From: Chthonomonas calidirosea
Lineage (GTDB): Bacteria > Armatimonadota > Fimbriimonadia > Fimbriimonadales > Fimbriimonadaceae
Assembly (NCBI GenBank): GCA_945859975.1
Contig: CAMAPH010000014.1
Location: 1-63,084, forward strand
Direction of reading: 5' to 3'
DNA: 63,084 nt
Positions 28,101 through 37,129 of the stretch are shown in pieces. The position numbers and the translations under genes were made by a program. The stretch's first letter is position 1. Each line of letters starts with the position of its first letter. Under the pieces are notes generated by a model, which was given only the letters and a program-made list of their open reading frames with translations, searched no databases and was not told the origin of the DNA.

Positions 28101-29219
28101 TTGGCCGCGGAGGGCGCCTATCAGGCCGCCCTTCGTGCCGTGGCGGGCGACTTTGTCATGAGCAAAGTCGCCCGTTCGATGTTTCGACATCGAGACTTTC
28201 CGATCAAAGTCCTCGCTGTCGGCAAGGCGGCGTCGGCCATGGTTGCCGGTCTGGTTGATGGCCGTTCCGAAATCGCAACCGGTTTGGTGATCACGACCGA
28301 ACTTGACAACGGACCAAGATTTGAAGGGTTCGACTATTTGGTCAGCAGCCATCCGATCCCTGACGAGCGAAGCCTGCGAGCGGGCGAACGAGCGCTTGAG
28401 TTTGCGGCGAGTTGTCAACCGAGCGACAGGGTTGTGCTTTTGCTCAGCGGCGGAGCTTCGGCCCTTATGGAGAGTCTCCGCCCGGGAATTGGCCTCAGCG
28501 ACTTTCAATTCCAAACCCGGCAGGTGATGAATTCTGGCGCGGATATCTTTGCCTTAAACAAGTTCCGCCAGCAACACTCACTAATCAAATCCGGCGGACT
28601 CGCGCAGGCCCTTGGTCACGTTAAGTGGAAGCGAGCCTACGTCATCTCGGACGTCATGGGCGATGATTTCAGCACGATCGGCAGCGGGCCCTTTTGGGAC
28701 GAAGAGCACTCGGTTCCCCATCGAGTCGTTGCTAACAATGTAATGGCGGTTCAGGCGGCGCGCGCCTTTCTGATCAAGAGTAAATTCTGGATTGAGGAGC
28801 CAGAGCCGCTGCCCTTTGTAACGCGGGACGCCACCGAATTTGGCGAGCGGTTGGGCCTTCAAGTATCCGCATTCGTAGACAGGGAAGCGGTCGTGTATGG
28901 CGGCGAGCCGACGCTTATGGTGACAGGAGACATTCCTGGCGGTCGGAGCCAGCACGTGGCGTTGGTCGCGGCGACAAAGACGGACTGGATGGGAACCGCC
29001 ATTCTTGCGGCTGGAACAGACGGCCGAGATGGAGCCACCAACTACGCTGGTGCATCCATCACCGCGCAGGACAAACCCACACCGGCACGAATCGAAGAAT
29101 TCAAAACTGCGATACGAACGTTCGATACCACTCGCATCATCGAAGAAGAGAACTGGGCATTGCCCGCCGCATACACGGGCACGAACGTCAACGATATCTT
29201 TATCGCGATACGGGCGTGA
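28101..29219 (+). CDS. Glycerate 2-kinase (DUF4147/MOFRL family)
   Basis: GKAA, HPIPD, LSGGASAL, SDVMGDD..IGSGP, GGE, GTDGRDG, TGTNVND. Confidence 0.93.
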   Translation: MAAEGAYQAALRAVAGDFVMSKVARSMFRHRDFPIKVLAVGKAASAMVAGLVDGRSEIATGLVITTELDNGPRFEGFDYLVSSHPIPDERSLRAGERALEFAASCQPSDRVVLLLSGGASALMESLRPGIGLSDFQFQTRQVMNSGADIFALNKFRQQHSLIKSGGLAQALGHVKWKRAYVISDVMGDDFSTIGSGPFWDEEHSVPHRVVANNVMAVQAARAFLIKSKFWIEEPEPLPFVTRDATEFGERLGLQVSAFVDREAVVYGGEPTLMVTGDIPGGRSQHVALVAATKTDWMGTAILAAGTDGRDGATNYAGASITAQDKPTPARIEEFKTAIRTFDTTRIIEEENWALPAAYTGTNVNDIFIAIRA

Positions 29220-30048
29220 TTGTCCAAACCTGAAGTTCCGCCATGCTCCAGAGCGCAACCCCGGCAGGCGGGTCCAGCGTGATCCGGACCTGAGACTTGC
29301 CTTCGAGCCATCGGCGATCGATCCCAAACTCGCTCATTGCCCAGCGCCGCTCTCGGTCCTCGCGCGGCTCGTACCACCAGCCCACGAACTCACCATCAAC
29401 CAAAACGCGCGCCCGTTGCCGTCCGTGGAAGCGATCATAAGTCTTTCGCAGCCGGAGCCCGGTGCAGTCCGCCGGCAGTGGTTGAGTCCAGCTAAACGAG
29501 TTCAGAAAACTCTGATGCTCGCCAGTAAAAGGAACCCCATCTTCCCAAGCGCTTGCGACAGGGAACAGCTTAGTTTGGTTTTGGGCGATGACGTCATACC
29601 GCTTACGCGCTTCCACATCGCCCACGTGCCAGCGATCCTGTAGCTTGGTCTCAATCGAATCCGCCCAGATCACGGTGATGTAGCCCTCGCTCTTCACTTC
29701 GCGGAAAAACGGGCATGGGACTTCGCTGGAAATGTGTTCAAATGGCAGCCGCAGGCCATCGACGTAGACCGGCATCTCCAACGAGGTGATCCAACCCGCG
29801 CCGAAGATCGGGGGGCGGACGGGCTCTGTAATGCCCTCCGGCGCCGAGAGCCGACCCAGACCAACCGGGATAACAACTGGCGCTTCCGCTGTGAGGGTCA
29901 CGAACTCTTCAAACGTCGTGGCGCTCAGGCCGTCCAAATCGTAGTAGCCCGGGCCGTCGACGTCCACCACAACGTTTGCACCGTTCGCATCTCGGTACAG
30001 GGGCTGCGTAAACTCGCGATAGCTTTCACTTGCGCTCAGAATTGGCAT
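29200..30048 (-). CDS. Hypothetical protein; C-terminal beta-sandwich resembling the tail of DUF2961-type proteins
   Basis: [31 protein letters not shown]...W..SEF; family assignment tentative. Confidence 0.6.
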   Translation of the reverse strand: MPILSASESYREFTQPLYRDANGANVVVDVDGPGYYDLDGLSATTFEEFVTLTAEAPVVIPVGLGRLSAPEGITEPVRPPIFGAGWITSLEMPVYVDGLRLPFEHISSEVPCPFFREVKSEGYITVIWADSIETKLQDRWHVGDVEARKRYDVIAQNQTKLFPVASAWEDGVPFTGEHQSFLNSFSWTQPLPADCTGLRLRKTYDRFHGRQRARVLVDGEFVGWWYEPREDRERRWAMSEFGIDRRWLEGKSQVRITLDPPAGVALWSMAELQVWTITPVSR

Positions 30049-30066
30049 GATGTCGTAGAGCTAGGC

Positions 30067-30219
30067 ATGCCGCAACGGAACAACTCCCACCTGCCCACCA
30101 AAACCTGTGCCGCGTGTGGGCGGCCGTTCTCTTGGCGAAAAAAGTGGGAACGAGACTGGGAAAATGTGAAGTTCTGCAGCGACAAATGCCGGAAGAATAA
30201 ACCTACTCCGAATCCCTGA
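30067..30219 (+). CDS. DUF2256 family small zinc-finger protein
   Basis: [37 protein letters not shown] at 30067. Confidence 0.92.
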   Translation: MPQRNNSHLPTKTCAACGRPFSWRKKWERDWENVKFCSDKCRKNKPTPNP

Positions 30220-31381
30220 GCGCGGCAATCCCTGGCAAGACCTTGCCTTCGAGAAACTCCAAGCTCGCACCGCCGCCGGTGCTGACATGGCTCATCTTGT
30301 CCGCGAGGCCGAATTTTTCAACCGCCGCCGCGCTGTCTCCGCCACCCACGATGGTCGTGCCGGTACATTCCGCCATCGCTTCCGCAACGGCACGGGTTCC
30401 GCCCTCAAAAGGTTTCAATTCGAAGACACCCACGGGTCCGTTCCAAAGCACAGTCTGCGCTGCCTTGATGACTTCGGCGAAGGCAACGCGCGAAGCTGGT
30501 CCGATATCGAGTCCTTCCTGGTCAGCCGGAATGTCGTCAACCGAGACGACCATCGTGTTGGCATCAGCGGAGAATGCGTCGCTTACAACGAGGTCAACTG
30601 GCAGCAGGATCTTTTCAGGATATTCCTTCAGCAAGCTAGCCGCATACTCGATCGAGCTCGAGTCGAGGATCGACTTTCCAATTTCTTTGCCTTGCGCTTT
30701 CAGGAAGGTATAGGTCATGCCGCCGCCGATGAGCAAGCGATCCACCTTTGGAAGCAGGTTGTCGATGAGGGCAATCTTGTCCTTGACCTTGCTACCACCC
30801 ATGATCGCGACAAACGGTCTTGCCGGATTCGTGACGACAACGCCTAAGTGTTGCAGTTCCTTCTCGATCAGAAGGCCGGCGTAGCCGGGAAGGATGTGCG
30901 CGACGCCCTCAGTGCTGGCGTGGGCGCGATGTGCGGTTCCGAAGGCGTCGTTAACAAAAACGTCGGCTAGCTTCGCGAGCTTCGCGGCGAAAGCAGGGTC
31001 GTTTGCTTCCTCTTCGGGATGGAACCGGACGTTCTCGAGCAATAGAACATCACCCGGCTGAGCCTTTGAAATAGCTTTCTCAACTTCAAATCCAACGCAA
31101 TCTGGGAGTAAGGTCACGGGCTGGTCCAGCAGTTCGCTGAGGCGATTAGCGACGGGCTCGAGGGTAAGAGCGTTGTCGATTCCTTTCGGGCGCCCAAGAT
31201 GGCTGGCAAGAATGACCACGGCACCTTGTTTGATCAGGTGGCCGATCGTCGCAAGGCTCTCTTCGATTCGGCGACTGTCGGTAATTTCGCCGTTCTCTAA
31301 CGGCACGTTAAAGTCGCATCGAACGAGAACGCGTTTACCTGCCGCGTTGAGATCAGAGAGAGTAAGTTTGCCGAGCGCCAT
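30203..31381 (-). CDS. pgk: Phosphoglycerate kinase
   Basis: [49 protein letters not shown]. Confidence 0.99.
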   Translation of the reverse strand: MALGKLTLSDLNAAGKRVLVRCDFNVPLENGEITDSRRIEESLATIGHLIKQGAVVILASHLGRPKGIDNALTLEPVANRLSELLDQPVTLLPDCVGFEVEKAISKAQPGDVLLLENVRFHPEEEANDPAFAAKLAKLADVFVNDAFGTAHRAHASTEGVAHILPGYAGLLIEKELQHLGVVVTNPARPFVAIMGGSKVKDKIALIDNLLPKVDRLLIGGGMTYTFLKAQGKEIGKSILDSSSIEYAASLLKEYPEKILLPVDLVVSDAFSADANTMVVSVDDIPADQEGLDIGPASRVAFAEVIKAAQTVLWNGPVGVFELKPFEGGTRAVAEAMAECTGTTIVGGGDSAAAVEKFGLADKMSHVSTGGGASLEFLEGKVLPGIAALRDSE

Positions 31382-31419
31382 CAGTTTCAGAATACCGACC
31401 TGACGGCGCTCGGGTTGCC

Positions 31420-31605
31420 TTATTGCGGAGAATCTTTCAGAGCGTTGCCCCGAACCGGCTGGGCCGCTGCCGCGTCCTCTTTCGAGTACTTCTTGTCCGA
31501 CTTGGCTTCTGCGCCAGCCGGATTTGGTGGCTCCGCGTCATTGCCGCATCCGATTAGGGATGCAGCAACGACGGAAGCGAAGAGCAATGACTTCAGTTGC
31601 TTCAT
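31420..31605 (-). CDS. Small lipoprotein
   Basis: Signal peptide with lipobox LIG-C; 61 aa; 7 nt downstream of pilin copy 3. Confidence 0.8.
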   Translation of the reverse strand: MKQLKSLLFASVVAASLIGCGNDAEPPNPAGAEAKSDKKYSKEDAAAAQPVRGNALKDSPQ

Positions 31606-31612
31606 GTCCAGA

Positions 31613-32644
31613 TTATGGGAAGCAAGGCAGCGCCGAGCCAGAAGCTCCGATGGTGTACTCGAAGGTCGAGTCAGGTCGGAAGTAGCTCATATATCGGCCA
31701 GCGCCCGGAGCGGAGACGCATCGTGCCGGAACGTACAGGTTTCCTGGCGCGCTTACTGGGTCGCCGACGCAATCTGCCACCTTGCTGTACTGGTAACCAG
31801 GAATGTTGCGGTTCCCAGTGTTAATTCCTTCTGCAGGGTGCTTGATGAATCGTGCGGAAGAGTCCGTAGCAACCACGAGCCAGCCATCGCCAAAAACGTG
31901 GGTAGTGTCGCTGGCGCCTTCGAAGGTGCACTCATAGGTGTCCTGTCGGCTCGCCAACGATCGTGTGCTTCCTGCCTGTGGAACTCCACCGGCGTTGAAC
32001 TTACAAACCGGGGCTGGGTTTCCTGGCGTTCCGATGACCGGGCAGATCATGTAGACCGGGGTGTATCCGTAGCCGCGATAGGCTTCTTTACCGTTGCTCC
32101 ACGTTGCCAAGGGCAACTGGCTCGGACGTGCGACTTCGGACGCCGAGGCTGCATTGAGCAAGCCGTTGGTGGCAAGGGAGGTGACAGGTAGCCCTGCCGG
32201 AGCGGTGGTGTAGCTGAATCCAGCGGTGTACAGCGTCTGTCCGCTGGCAGTGTAGATGTCGTAGTTCTTGGTGTAAGGGAAGGTGGAGTTGTGCCAAGCC
32301 ACTGCATCGGCGGCGGTGAAGGCTGAGTTAGCTCCCCAACCGGCCGGAACGGAGTGAAGTCGGTAGGACGGAGTGCTCCAGAAACTGTGCAGGTATGTGC
32401 CGGTGATCGGGTCAATGGAATGCATCAACGGGAAGTAGTCGTCGTAATCCGTTGAGTACAGAAGGATGCCCGTTCCGGTCTGCTTGGTGTTGCTCAGCGC
32501 AGCAGACTTCTTAGCCGCCGCTTTCGCCTGGGCGAAGACCGGGAAGAGGATGGCAGCGAGAATCGCGATGATGGCGATTACGACCAGCAGTTCGATGAGG
32601 GTGAATCCCTTCAAACCATTCTTTGGTGTGTGACAGTTTTGCAT
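31613..32644 (-). CDS. Prepilin-type N-terminal methylation domain protein (DUF1559-like), copy 3
   Basis: G^[33 protein letters not shown], degenerate VVATDSSAR motif. SD-like GGAG before ATG 32644. Confidence 0.92.
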   Translation of the reverse strand: MQNCHTPKNGLKGFTLIELLVVIAIIAILAAILFPVFAQAKAAAKKSAALSNTKQTGTGILLYSTDYDDYFPLMHSIDPITGTYLHSFWSTPSYRLHSVPAGWGANSAFTAADAVAWHNSTFPYTKNYDIYTASGQTLYTAGFSYTTAPAGLPVTSLATNGLLNAASASEVARPSQLPLATWSNGKEAYRGYGYTPVYMICPVIGTPGNPAPVCKFNAGGVPQAGSTRSLASRQDTYECTFEGASDTTHVFGDGWLVVATDSSARFIKHPAEGINTGNRNIPGYQYSKVADCVGDPVSAPGNLYVPARCVSAPGAGRYMSYFRPDSTFEYTIGASGSALPCFP

Positions 32645-32730
32645 TAATACTCCGTCCCTAACTTCGTTGTTAAAGGTGAGTGATATGGTAACAAAGAGAT
32701 CCAGAAAAACCAAGCGACATCAGGCATGTT

Positions 32731-32743
32731 GGCAAACGTTGCC
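32731..32743. promoter_or_regulatory. Possible LacI-type operator
   Basis: GGCAA-acg-TTGCC upstream of pilin copy 3. Confidence 0.35.
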
Positions 32744-33014
32744 TAAGCTCAGGTTGAATCCGCGACCATCCAGGACTACGTTTCAGGTCGAGCAGGCCTA
32801 TCAGGCCATTCGCTCAGAATATTCACGACTAAAGGCCTGACGAATCTGATCGATTTTTGCGCCTGATAGAGTCACCTTGAAAGGAGCCTAATCTGAAGGA
32901 AGCGTTCAGTGCCATGCGAATTGTTGCGAAACAATCGTTGGCTTTTCGGCGGAAAGTGACACATATGTTTCGCAGCGCTTTTCTGGTCAGTTGCTTGAGA
33001 TCCATATTTCAGAC

Positions 33015-33136
33015 ATGCCCACCCACCAGTTTGAAACGCTTTCCCCTCTATGCCGGACTACATTCGCCTTTCCGTCGGAATCGAGAATGTCAACGACCTC
33101 ATTGCTGATCTAGATCTGGCTCTCGCTTCGGCCTAG
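33015..33136 (+). pseudogene. Collapsed remnant of a Cys/Met-metabolism PLP enzyme (MetY-like)
   Basis: N-terminal MPTHQFETL/(frameshift)LYAG joined to C-terminal PDYIRLSVGIENVNDLIADLDLALASA*. Confidence 0.75.
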
Positions 33137-33159
33137 TGCTTGTATGCTAACCGGCACGT

Positions 33160-35079
33160 ATGAAGGGATTGCCCTCCGCCGAGCAGTTAAGTCAAGCCGA
33201 AGCAAAAGCACGATCCGGTTTTGTCGAATCGGTCAACCGGATCAAGGAACACGAGGCGTGGGCAAAGGCTAATCCAGGCAAATTTACGGATCGTGTCCGC
33301 AAGTTCGCCGGCTTGGGTTGGTTCATCGTTTTTACGACCGTTGCTATTCTGCTTTTGGCGCTTGGGCTCCTGATTTGGCAGTCCGTCACCAGGGGGCGGG
33401 TGTACGGTTGGGCATATCTCGCTATTGGCGTAACGCTCTTCTCTGTCCTCCGAAGCCTGTTCCAGCGCATTCCGGTTGAGAAGGAGTTCGAACTTTCGCG
33501 TGAAGACGCACCGCTCCTTTGGGCTGAAGTCGACAAGATTACGGAGCAATCCAATGCCCCGCCCGTATCCAAAATTGTCCTTGACAGCGAGCTTAACGCG
33601 TCCGCTGGGATTCGGAGCAAGTACCTGCTTTTCGGGAAGCGGGAGCATGTGCTCACCCTCGGGTGGGCTTTGCTACAACTGCTGTCGGCAGACGAGGCCC
33701 GTGCGGTTATCGCGCATGAATTCGGGCACTTTTCTGGCCGACATGGCAACTTTGGTGCTCGGGCCCATGGATTGTTCGTTACTCTCCTGACGCTTTACCA
33801 GAGCTTGGCCGGAGGGGTTACCGGCTTCATCTTCAAACCCATCATCAACTGGTACTTCACTCGATTTGATGCGATGATGTTCGTCCTCGGACGGGACAAC
33901 GAGTACGACTCTGATGCGTTTGCAGCCCGGTACACCAGTCCGCTCTCGGCGGCTCAGGGCCTCGTCCGCTTGAATCTATCCGAACTTGCGCCGTTCAACC
34001 CAAAGGACGGCATTCTTCCCGAAATCCTCCAGCGAGCAAGTGCTCCACCACGAGACCTAGTTTTGCGCTTGCACCGATACATCGGAAACCAGCGGATCGA
34101 TAGCAAGTCCGAAGACAATCTCCGTCTCGCCCTGAAACAGCAGACCGACTACAACGATTCGCACCCAGCCCTCTCGGATCGCCTGAAAGCCCTCGACCAG
34201 ATGCGTTCGTTTGACGATTGGATGACAAGAGTTCGTGCCCCGTACCGAAACGGAATAGAAGAGTTCTTCGGCCCGAACTGGCAGACCATTGCCGACAAAC
34301 TCTCAGCCTTCTGGCACGCCAAGCTCGAATCGAAGTGGAGCGAAATTATAAGCAACCAGGAATCGCTTGGGAACCGGGAAAGGGAACTGGAACATTTGCG
34401 AGCGCAAGGGAAGTTGTTGGCATCGGGCTACGAGGATCTTGCGGGAATCCAGCAAGAGCGCCGAGATCATGAGGCCCTTGTAGAAACCCTCCGCGAGGGT
34501 CTCGAGAAGTATCCGGAGAACGCTCGGCTAATGCTTGTCGATGGTTGGAAGCGACTCACGCTGGACAAAGATGACTCGGGCTTGGCGGTCCTCGATGAGG
34601 CGATGCTGAAAGACCCGGCGATCACAGAAAATGCGGCAAGCGTTGCCTTTGGCTATCTATCGCAAAGGGGCGATACTGCTCAGGCAGAGAAGTACCGCTT
34701 GAAGCTAATTGAGTGGAGCGCTCGCGCGGATACCGTTCGTGAATCCATGACGAAGTTCGCTCCGAATGATCGGTTCGAAGCAGTAGACGTTGCACCACGC
34801 GAGCGAGCGACTTTGGTCGAAGGCTTACAAAAGGTCGGCAAGCTGGAATCTGCATTTCTGGTGGAAAAGGTCGTTGTGCTTGACACCACCTATCGCCAAA
34901 CGTTCCTGCTGGTCTTCCCCAAAAAGCGGCTTGGCTTGGAGTTGATCTCGCACGATGGCCTTTGCCAAGAAGTCGCGGAGCGAGTCGAGTTCAGCCGAAG
35001 CTGTCTCATCATCGTCCCAGGAGACGTTGACAAGTGGCGGCCGATTCTCGAACAAATCCGCGGTTCGCGCTTACTCTAA
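33160..35079 (+). CDS. M48-family (HtpX-like) membrane zinc metalloprotease with helical C-terminal extension
   Basis: NASA, AVIAHEFGH, EYDSD and SHPALSDRL motifs; N-terminal TM helices. Confidence 0.9.
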   Translation: MKGLPSAEQLSQAEAKARSGFVESVNRIKEHEAWAKANPGKFTDRVRKFAGLGWFIVFTTVAILLLALGLLIWQSVTRGRVYGWAYLAIGVTLFSVLRSLFQRIPVEKEFELSREDAPLLWAEVDKITEQSNAPPVSKIVLDSELNASAGIRSKYLLFGKREHVLTLGWALLQLLSADEARAVIAHEFGHFSGRHGNFGARAHGLFVTLLTLYQSLAGGVTGFIFKPIINWYFTRFDAMMFVLGRDNEYDSDAFAARYTSPLSAAQGLVRLNLSELAPFNPKDGILPEILQRASAPPRDLVLRLHRYIGNQRIDSKSEDNLRLALKQQTDYNDSHPALSDRLKALDQMRSFDDWMTRVRAPYRNGIEEFFGPNWQTIADKLSAFWHAKLESKWSEIISNQESLGNRERELEHLRAQGKLLASGYEDLAGIQQERRDHEALVETLREGLEKYPENARLMLVDGWKRLTLDKDDSGLAVLDEAMLKDPAITENAASVAFGYLSQRGDTAQAEKYRLKLIEWSARADTVRESMTKFAPNDRFEAVDVAPRERATLVEGLQKVGKLESAFLVEKVVVLDTTYRQTFLLVFPKKRLGLELISHDGLCQEVAERVEFSRSCLIIVPGDVDKWRPILEQIRGSRLL

Positions 35080-35089
35080 CGCTCCGAAC

Positions 35090-35554
35090 TCAGAACGGCA
35101 GCTGCGTCGTGTGCTTGTTCGTGGCAATCACAAAGTTAGATCGAATCTGCTGGATGCCCTTGATCCGGCTGAGCTTCTCGCGAATGAACACCTCGTACGA
35201 TTTCATATCTGGCACAACCACCTTGAGCAGAAAGTCAAAGTCGCCGCTCACGTGGAAGCACTCCAGGATCTCCGGATAAAGCTGAACCGCCTTTCGAAAT
35301 CGCTCGATGGGCTGCTCCTGATGGAGAGCAAGGGTGATCTGCACCATCGCGGTGACGCGTAGGCCGAGGCGCTCCGCGTCGAGGTGAGCATGGAAGCCGC
35401 GGATCAGCCCTGCCTTTTCCAAGGCACGAACTCGCTGCAAGACCGACGGCGCGGAAAGATCAACCAACTTGGCCAAGTCGGCGTTCGTGATTCTTCCGTT
35501 GCTTTGCAACGTCTTCAGGATTTGGATGTCAACATCATCAAGGTGGGTCTTCAT
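35090..35554 (-). CDS. Lrp/AsnC family transcriptional regulator
   Basis: LDDVDIQILKTLQSNGRITNADLA, ECFHVSGDFDFLLKV. Confidence 0.96.
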   Translation of the reverse strand: MKTHLDDVDIQILKTLQSNGRITNADLAKLVDLSAPSVLQRVRALEKAGLIRGFHAHLDAERLGLRVTAMVQITLALHQEQPIERFRKAVQLYPEILECFHVSGDFDFLLKVVVPDMKSYEVFIREKLSRIKGIQQIRSNFVIATNKHTTQLPF

Positions 35555-35593
35555 TTACCTAAGGTCCTTTTGTTTTTCCAGTGTGAATAAGTT

Positions 35594-37129
35594 GTGAGCG
35601 TCCTGAAGCAAATCCCCTTCGATAATTTTGTAGTTCGGTGTGTGACCGAAGAAATGCAGGCGTTAGTGGGTTCTCGCATTCAGGAAATCCGTCAACCCGA
35701 CGCCTTTACCGTTTGGTTTGAGACGTACCAAACGACGGTTTTCCGCTTTTTGGCCAGCTGCCACCCCACTTGGTTTCGGTTGCATCTCAGCACGCGTCGC
35801 CCTCGCACCATGCCGACCGCGACCGGTTTTCTTGGCGCACTGCGATCTCGGCTTGAGAACGGCCGAATTGTGGAGGTCAAGCAGTACGGTGACGAGCGGT
35901 TCGTGACCATCGAAGTGAGCACCGCAACTGGTCCACATCTTCTCGTATTCGAACTGATGGGGAAGCATTCGAACCTGATCCTGGTTGGCCCAGATCAGCG
36001 CGTGATATCTGCCGCGAAAGTGATTGGAGATGCAAAAAGCGTTCGTCCTGTTGTTCCGGGACGCGAGTATGTATTGCCGCCAGTAATGGAGGAAGAAAGC
36101 TCCGTCTTTCGGCCATCGAAGTTCCTGCTCTCTCTCGGAAAGAACGAAGCCGAACCCGTTGCGCCGGTTCTAGTGCCGGGTTACGGTGCCTATCCGATAT
36201 CAGTCGCATCGTTGGGCTACGAAGAGCAGAACCGCGAAACCTTAAGCGGCGCGCTGGAATCGTCGTTTGAAGCGAGGATTGATGCCGAAGCGCTGGAGTC
36301 AGGGCGGACTTCGATCCTCAAACGTTTGGAGCGAGTGCAGCTCGCCCGCGAGTCTGCGCTCCAACAACTACGCGATGCCGAGCAGCGCGGTGGAAAGGCC
36401 GGGCTTTGGCAAGGGACTGGCGATCTTTTGATGGCCTACGCGTTCCAAGTTCCAAAGGCGGTTCCATCGGTCGAACTCATCAACTTCGAAGGCGAGCCAC
36501 TGACGATCAAGCTCGATCCCGAACTAGACGCTATCGCGAACGCCAACCGATACTATGAGCGCGCTAAGAAGGCAAAAGGCGCTCTGGATGGGATTGCGCA
36601 GCAAGCCGTGACCCTAACCCACGACTACCGTGCGATTCTCGAGATAACCCACCGGGTTCAACAGGCCAAGAGCGTGGGCGAACTCGAGAAGCTAGAGGAC
36701 GAGGCGCGGCAACGACGCTGGCTCTTCGCCGCGCAACTCCCATCAGAGCGGAAAGACGAGCGGCCATTCGAAGGGCACCGAATTCGGGAAATCCTTGGTC
36801 CCGGCGGCATCACAGTCTTGTACGGCGAGAATGCCGAAGCGAACGACTACCTCACCCTTCGAGTCGCAAAGCCGAACGACTACTGGTTCCACGTCCGCGG
36901 GGCGACGAGCACGCACGTTGTTCTCCGAACGAACAATCAGCCCCAACGAATGCAGAAAGAGCACCTTGAGTTCGCGGCCCGAATTGCGGTCAAAAACTCA
37001 AGCAGCAAGCACTCCAGCTATGTTCCGGTGGACTACACGCTGAAGAAGTATGTTCGGAAACCGAAGAGTGCTCCGAAGGGAACAGCAACTTACACCAACG
37101 AAAAAACCCTGCATGTCGATTCAGCGTAG
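35594..37129 (+). CDS. rqcH: NFACT/RqcH (FbpA-like) ribosome quality-control protein
   Basis: ELMGKHSNLIL, NANRYYERAKK, DYWFHVRG..STHVV, VPVDYTLKKYVRKPK. Confidence 0.9.
   Translation: MSVLKQIPFDNFVVRCVTEEMQALVGSRIQEIRQPDAFTVWFETYQTTVFRFLASCHPTWFRLHLSTRRPRTMPTATGFLGALRSRLENGRIVEVKQYGDERFVTIEVSTATGPHLLVFELMGKHSNLILVGPDQRVISAAKVIGDAKSVRPVVPGREYVLPPVMEEESSVFRPSKFLLSLGKNEAEPVAPVLVPGYGAYPISVASLGYEEQNRETLSGALESSFEARIDAEALESGRTSILKRLERVQLARESALQQLRDAEQRGGKAGLWQGTGDLLMAYAFQVPKAVPSVELINFEGEPLTIKLDPELDAIANANRYYERAKKAKGALDGIAQQAVTLTHDYRAILEITHRVQQAKSVGELEKLEDEARQRRWLFAAQLPSERKDERPFEGHRIREILGPGGITVLYGENAEANDYLTLRVAKPNDYWFHVRGATSTHVVLRTNNQPQRMQKEHLEFAARIAVKNSSSKHSSYVPVDYTLKKYVRKPKSAPKGTATYTNEKTLHVDSA

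Noticed and set aside
32750..33014. SAM riboswitch upstream of the metY-like remnant
   Set aside because: No recognisable SAM-I core (ATCnAGAG...GCAACC...GTGC) seen.
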